A DNA stretch of 64,000 nt from positions 480,001 through 544,000 of the forward strand of contig CAXBMO010000001.1 of NCBI GenBank assembly GCA_963977015.1, in the 5' to 3' direction. Of this stretch, positions 59,550 through 64,000 are shown in pieces. Numbering within the stretch: the stretch's first letter is position 1; each line of letters starts with the position of its first letter. Position numbers and translations under genes: made by a program. The notes under the pieces are model-generated. The model was given only the letters and a program-made list of their open reading frames with translations. It had not been told where the DNA came from and did no database searches. The DNA is from an uncultured bacterium. Its GTDB lineage: Bacteria > Verrucomicrobiota > Verrucomicrobiia > Verrucomicrobiales > DEV007.

Positions 59550-60116
59550 TTGATGGATGATAAGGACAACTCTCACCTTTCCAGCGAAGACTTCGCAGTT
59601 CTGTATTCGCAGACGCATCTTAGCTTGCTGCGCTATGTGATGACGCTGATTCCAAATCGGGCGCAGGCGGAGGATGTGGTTCAGGAAACGGCGCGGGCCC
59701 TCTGGAAAAAATCCTCAGAATATGATCCGGAACTACCTTTCTGGCCGTGGGCGAAAAAATTCGCTTACTTCGAAGTGTTGCGGCACCGGAAACGACAGGC
59801 GATTCGGGGAAAATACTTCTTTTCTGATGAGCTAATCGAGACTTTGGCCGAAGAACGGGACCACGCGGAACCGGTGCTGGAAGAACAGCGGGCCATTCTC
59901 TCGCAGTGCCTCGAAAAACTGGATGGCCGGGCCCGGGAATTGATTGTGCAACGATACAGCCGCGAACGAACCTTGGACGAAATTGCTCGCGAACAGAATC
60001 GATCGGCAAATTCGCTCTATCTCATGATGCACCGGATTCGCAAAAAACTGATCGAGTGCGTCAATCGCGCCCTCCATGCGAGTGAATGGGAAACCAAATT
60101 CCCAAAACCATCATGA
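59550..60116 (+). CDS. ECF sigma-70 factor (PVC type)
   Basis: AEDVVQET..LWKK..EYDP..F.PW; region 4 L..CLEKL...RIRKKLIECV. Confidence 0.9.
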   Translation: MMDDKDNSHLSSEDFAVLYSQTHLSLLRYVMTLIPNRAQAEDVVQETARALWKKSSEYDPELPFWPWAKKFAYFEVLRHRKRQAIRGKYFFSDELIETLAEERDHAEPVLEEQRAILSQCLEKLDGRARELIVQRYSRERTLDEIAREQNRSANSLYLMMHRIRKKLIECVNRALHASEWETKFPKPS

Positions 60117-61045
60117 AAAGGCCCGAACAGTTCGAACGAGGCTCGGAGCTGATTGCCAAGGTATTGGATCAATCCGTTTCGGAAGCGGAGTTTGGCGAGT
60201 TGCAGCAATTGCTGGAGGAAGACGGGGCCCTCCGGCACGTTTACATGCAGATGGTAGATCAGGAAGTCGAGTTAGGTTGCTGTGGTTCAACAATCTCCAA
60301 CAAAGTCCGATTGTTTCCGCCTCAGCTAAGCCGATTCGTGCTCGCCGCTGCGGCATTGGTACTAATTTCGTTGCTGGTTTTTGCGCTGTTTTCTCTCTAT
60401 TCCCAAAATGACGACGTTCAGATTGTCGAACCGGAAACTGAAGATCCGCAACCATCCGAAACGATTGTCCGCTCGCGCCCCCCTCGCGATGTTCCCCCGG
60501 CTCCAGCAATTTGGGCGGCCGATTTCGAAAATGGTATCCCACCTGGCTGGGAAGGCGAATTTGTCACCACCGGCCTGCCGGAAGGCTCGCGAGGAGCGAT
60601 CCGGACGATTCCCAAAAGTCAGGATGGCCGCGAATACCGGCAACTTCTCCCGCCCGCGTCGTGGGCGCCGGGCCATGTCCGGATCGGCGCAAATACCCAC
60701 CTGCATCTCACGCTAAAAGTGGAACAAGCCGCCGCCTACGACGTTTTCATGCTGACGCATGTGCCAAATCCGGCGAGGAGCGAGCTGCAACTTTACAAAT
60801 TCGGCGAAGCGGTGTTGTGGGAAGGCGAGGGCCAATGGCGTCGCTTGTCGATTCCCCTGAAATGGTTCGCCTGGAAAGATCAGGCAACCGAAACGTTCGT
60901 GGAGGATGACGCTTTTCCCGAAGCGGGAGAAATCGCCTGGCAATTGTTTATCAGCTCCTCGGATCCGGATTTCAAAGTGGTGATCGACGAATGGCGAGTC
61001 GATGACATTGGGACCGGCGAGGTGGTCGTCGGGCTCGTTAATTGA
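60113..61045 (+). CDS. Putative membrane-bound anti-sigma factor
   Basis: ATGA overlap with the sigma gene; helical N-domain, TM helix, Pro linker, beta-sandwich-like C-domain. Confidence 0.7.
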   Translation: MKRPEQFERGSELIAKVLDQSVSEAEFGELQQLLEEDGALRHVYMQMVDQEVELGCCGSTISNKVRLFPPQLSRFVLAAAALVLISLLVFALFSLYSQNDDVQIVEPETEDPQPSETIVRSRPPRDVPPAPAIWAADFENGIPPGWEGEFVTTGLPEGSRGAIRTIPKSQDGREYRQLLPPASWAPGHVRIGANTHLHLTLKVEQAAAYDVFMLTHVPNPARSELQLYKFGEAVLWEGEGQWRRLSIPLKWFAWKDQATETFVEDDAFPEAGEIAWQLFISSSDPDFKVVIDEWRVDDIGTGEVVVGLVN

Positions 61046-61065
61046 GGCCGAATTCAAACGCCAGT

Positions 61066-62313
61066 CTAACGTATTTCCTTGCCCGACGAAACCGCGGGAA
61101 CAGGAGCGCTTCTGCGGAATTTCGCAGGTTTCCGCACGTTCAGAAGGAGCGCCCCCGCAACGCCAAGGCCCATGACCGTGAAACAGAGCACCTCTGCGCT
61201 GACGCCGAGCAGTGCCAGCCCGAAGGTCGGAGCCACGATATTCGCGCCGGACCACATCACGCCCATCATCCCATTGTAACGGCCACGCATTTTTTCCGGC
61301 GCCAGGTCCGAAACGTAGGCGCCTTGAATCGGCAGCGAAACCATTTCGCCAATCGTGAACACGGTCATCGCGAAGGCGAAACCGAGACCGGTGGTCATCC
61401 AGGCGTTGATTCCGAAGCCGAGTCCGGCGACCGCGGTTCCCAAGCCGATCATGAGCGCTGGGGTGAACCGCCGTCCCAATGCGCTAAGCGGCATTTCGAA
61501 CAAAACGATGAGAATTCCGTTCAGCGCCATGATCAATCCGAACAATTTCGCAGAATGCCCGCGATCCTGGATGAGCACGGCAAACGAAGTGTTCCACTGG
61601 TTGTAAATCGTGGCCAGAATCAGAGTGTTCAGGCACAAAGCAAGGAATTGGCGATCGTGCACAATGTTGCGAAAAGCCGGAATCCATCCGCTTTGCTCCT
61701 TCTCGGTTTTCTCGCCGGCGGGCAGGCATGTCACCGTGACGATGCCGAAAATCCACGACGTGGCGGCATCGATCACGAACAGCCAGACGAAGCCGATTTC
61801 CGCGAGGAACCCAGCGGCAGTCATCCCTAGAGCCCAGCCGAAATTGATCGCAAATCGCAGCACTGCGAACGCGGCGACACGCGATTCGCTCGGCACGAGA
61901 TCGGCGACCAACGAGCTGCTCGCCGCGTGGTAGAATCCGCGAACGGTTCCATAGCAAGCCGTCACCAGGCACAATGGCCAGACCGCTCCCGTTTTTGTTA
62001 GGTAGAGAGAGAAAGCATAGGTCAAAAGCGTGAACGCGCCCGATCCAAACATCGAGATGCCCATGGTGCGCCTCCGTCCGATCCGGTCGGCCAAATAGCC
62101 GCCCAATCCAGCCCCGGCCAAACTGCCGAGCCCGAAGGCCCCGATCGCGATCCCCGCAATCTCTTTATTGACCCCGTTCGAAGTGAGGAACAAGACTAGG
62201 AACGGAACCACAAACATCCCGAACCGGTCGATGAAAACACCTCCGGATAGAATCCAGATGGGTCGCGACAGGCTTTTGATCTCCTGGACAAACGTGGTTT
62301 TTGGCGTGGTCAT
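61066..62313 (-). CDS. MFS transporter (drug:H+ antiporter-like)
   Basis: GGYLADRIGRR motif A, INFGWALG, FTIGEM, RGRYNG; 12 TM. Confidence 0.9.
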   Translation of the reverse strand: MTTPKTTFVQEIKSLSRPIWILSGGVFIDRFGMFVVPFLVLFLTSNGVNKEIAGIAIGAFGLGSLAGAGLGGYLADRIGRRRTMGISMFGSGAFTLLTYAFSLYLTKTGAVWPLCLVTACYGTVRGFYHAASSSLVADLVPSESRVAAFAVLRFAINFGWALGMTAAGFLAEIGFVWLFVIDAATSWIFGIVTVTCLPAGEKTEKEQSGWIPAFRNIVHDRQFLALCLNTLILATIYNQWNTSFAVLIQDRGHSAKLFGLIMALNGILIVLFEMPLSALGRRFTPALMIGLGTAVAGLGFGINAWMTTGLGFAFAMTVFTIGEMVSLPIQGAYVSDLAPEKMRGRYNGMMGVMWSGANIVAPTFGLALLGVSAEVLCFTVMGLGVAGALLLNVRKPAKFRRSAPVPAVSSGKEIR

Positions 62314-62360
62314 GCGGTAATTCCCCGCGCGATTTGTGCTATGGCTGTTTAGATAGAACG

Positions 62361-62396
62361 AAAAAGCCCTGCTCGTCGCGAGGAGGAGCAGGGCTT
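62361..62396 (-). terminator. Intrinsic terminator in the MFS 5' leader (putative attenuator)
   Basis: Minus strand: aagccctgctc-ctcctcgcgac-gagcagggctt-ttt, ending about 47 nt before the MFS ATG. Confidence 0.75.
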
Positions 62397-62433
62397 GTGA
62401 GAAATTGGAAAGCTATCGTGTAAAAAATCTGGC

Positions 62434-62568
62434 TTAATTCTCGAAAAACCCTGCTCCGGGGCGGTATGGCTTGCGGCCTTTCACCATGAACCATTCCATC
62501 CCCTGACCATGCGCCGAATCGGCGGATAGCTTGGAGGCTAGGAAGGTGTTGGCCTGGCAGAGGTTCAT
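62434..62568 (-). CDS. Putative leader peptide (44 aa; 21 aa if started at 62499)
   Basis: MNLCQANTFLASKLSADSAHGQGMEWFMVKGRKPYRPGAGFFEN*; its 3' end contains a sequence complementary to the terminator 5' arm. Confidence 0.5.
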   Translation of the reverse strand: MNLCQANTFLASKLSADSAHGQGMEWFMVKGRKPYRPGAGFFEN

Positions 62569-62707
62569 TCGGATTGAATTGTCTGACAATTCGCCCAGAA
62601 CTTCGAATTGCAACTTCGAAATCGGTCAATTTGAATAAGAACTCCGAATTTTTCTCGAAAGATTTTCGGATTCGGGTGGAATAAGGATGAAAGAACTCAT
62701 TGCCGTG

Positions 62708-64000
62708 ATGAAAGCCCCGACGATTTCCCGAAACCAAACTCTCTCCCGCCGAACGGTGCTTCGCGCCGCTGGAACAACGCTTTCCCTGCCATTTTTTGAA
62801 GCGATGGTGCCGGGATCGGCGCTGGCTCAAAGCGCAACCGCCACGATTCCCCCGCGCATGGCATTTCTGGCCTACGGGATCGGAATGAACATGCGTCAGT
62901 TCTTTCCCGATGGCGAGGGGCCCGATGCCCAAATGGGCCGGATTCTTCGTCCGCTGGAGCCTTTCAGGTCACAATTTACCGCGCTGTCAGGAACCTGGCT
63001 GGAACACGGTGGCGGACACCAAGGCGATTACACGATCCTGACCGGTGCGCCCGGCAAGACACCGTCGGGAATCGTCAACTCCATCTCGGCGGATCAGGTC
63101 GCGGCAAAGCATCTCGGAGCCGAAACGCGCTTTCCTTCGCTCCAGCTTTCGATTCGCCGCGGCACGGGATATGGCGGAAGTCTGGCGACACTTTCGTGGA
63201 ACGAGCGAGGAATCCCGTTAGCCGCTGAAAACGATCCTCATGTTGTCTTCAACCGGCTTTTCGGCGTAGAAACGGCGCGCCAACAGCGTGATCGCGATGA
63301 AGCTTTCCGGCGGCGAGGTTCGATTCTCGATCTCGTGATGGGGCAGGCGAAAAAGCTAGAAACCCGCGTCAGTGGCGGCGACAAGGAGAAACTGGATGAG
63401 TATCTGACGAGCGTTCGCGAAGTCGAGTCTCAGCTTCAACGCAACGTTGATTGGTCAGAGAAGCCCAAGCCGGACGTGAAGCTGGACGGCCTGGGAGATT
63501 ACACGCGCCCCTATCACAGCTACACACAGGGATTCGAGTACGCCACCTGGATGAAGCTGATGTACGACCTGATGGCGCTGGCATTCCAGACCGACTCTAC
63601 CCGAGTCATCACGTTCATGGTTAGGTCCGAAGGCGGCGAGATTTTCGACGTCCACGGGGTATCGAAGAACTTCCACGCCCTCACCCATCACGGGAACGAT
63701 CCCCGAAACCTGGATGAGTTGGCAAAGGTCGATGAAATCAACATGGGATTCTTCCGCGGACTGCTGGAACGCTTACATTCGATTCAGGAACCAGACGGAA
63801 AGTCGTTGCTCGACCGAACCATGCTGACGTTCACCAGCGGAATGGGAATCGACCATTCTCGGGATCGGCTGCCCACGGTGTTGTTCGGCGGTTCCGGTCT
63901 GGGAATCCAGCACCAAACCCACCTCCAGCTTCCTGACAACACACCCTGCGCGAACGTCTGGCGAACGATGCTGGATCGCGGTAGTGTTCCGGTCGATGAC
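62708..64000 (+). CDS. DUF1552-family protein, 3'-partial
   Basis: Not in the ORF track. LSRRTVLRAAGTTLSLPFFEAM, NSISADQVAA..LG.ETRFPSLQL, AFQTDSTRV. Confidence 0.88.
   Translation, partial: MKAPTISRNQTLSRRTVLRAAGTTLSLPFFEAMVPGSALAQSATATIPPRMAFLAYGIGMNMRQFFPDGEGPDAQMGRILRPLEPFRSQFTALSGTWLEHGGGHQGDYTILTGAPGKTPSGIVNSISADQVAAKHLGAETRFPSLQLSIRRGTGYGGSLATLSWNERGIPLAAENDPHVVFNRLFGVETARQQRDRDEAFRRRGSILDLVMGQAKKLETRVSGGDKEKLDEYLTSVREVESQLQRNVDWSEKPKPDVKLDGLGDYTRPYHSYTQGFEYATWMKLMYDLMALAFQTDSTRVITFMVRSEGGEIFDVHGVSKNFHALTHHGNDPRNLDELAKVDEINMGFFRGLLERLHSIQEPDGKSLLDRTMLTFTSGMGIDHSRDRLPTVLFGGSGLGIQHQTHLQLPDNTPCANVWRTMLDRGSVPVDD

Noticed and set aside
62339-62932. 197 aa minus-strand ORF
   Set aside because: Overlaps the DUF1552 gene and runs through the terminator; not protein-like.

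Overview
A gene-dense bacterial chromosomal window with about 54 plausible CDSs. Sulfatases, a DUF1552 gene, a PVC-type ECF sigma factor, a short HemA and A/C-rich start contexts without Shine-Dalgarno sites suggest Verrucomicrobiota (inference). I saw no rRNA, tRNA, CRISPR array, integrase or transposase. Housekeeping and catabolic genes include an ABC-F ATPase, two sulfatases, an aldehyde dehydrogenase, lsrF, thiH, thrH, plsY, PolX, Skp and hemA/ccsA. There are two metal-uptake loci, each with repeated operator-like sites visible in the DNA: a six-gene TtpC/TonB2-like module divergent from a TonB-dependent receptor (three Fur-box-like sites), and a His-rich outer-membrane protein divergent from an HMA-znuACB operon (three TGCAA-N5-TTGCA boxes). 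The most notable unexplained elements are: (1) an unannotated leader ORF with competing antiterminator and terminator helices upstream of an MFS transporter; (2) a TIR-transmembrane-WD40 receptor-like protein that keeps the TIR catalytic Glu; (3) a TIM-barrel sugar enzyme fused to an 11-mer amphipathic repeat domain, downstream of an orphan lsrF; (4) a DUF5685 protein with isoprenoid-synthase-like Asp motifs and a metallothionein-like tail. All family calls come from motif recognition by eye; no searches were run.
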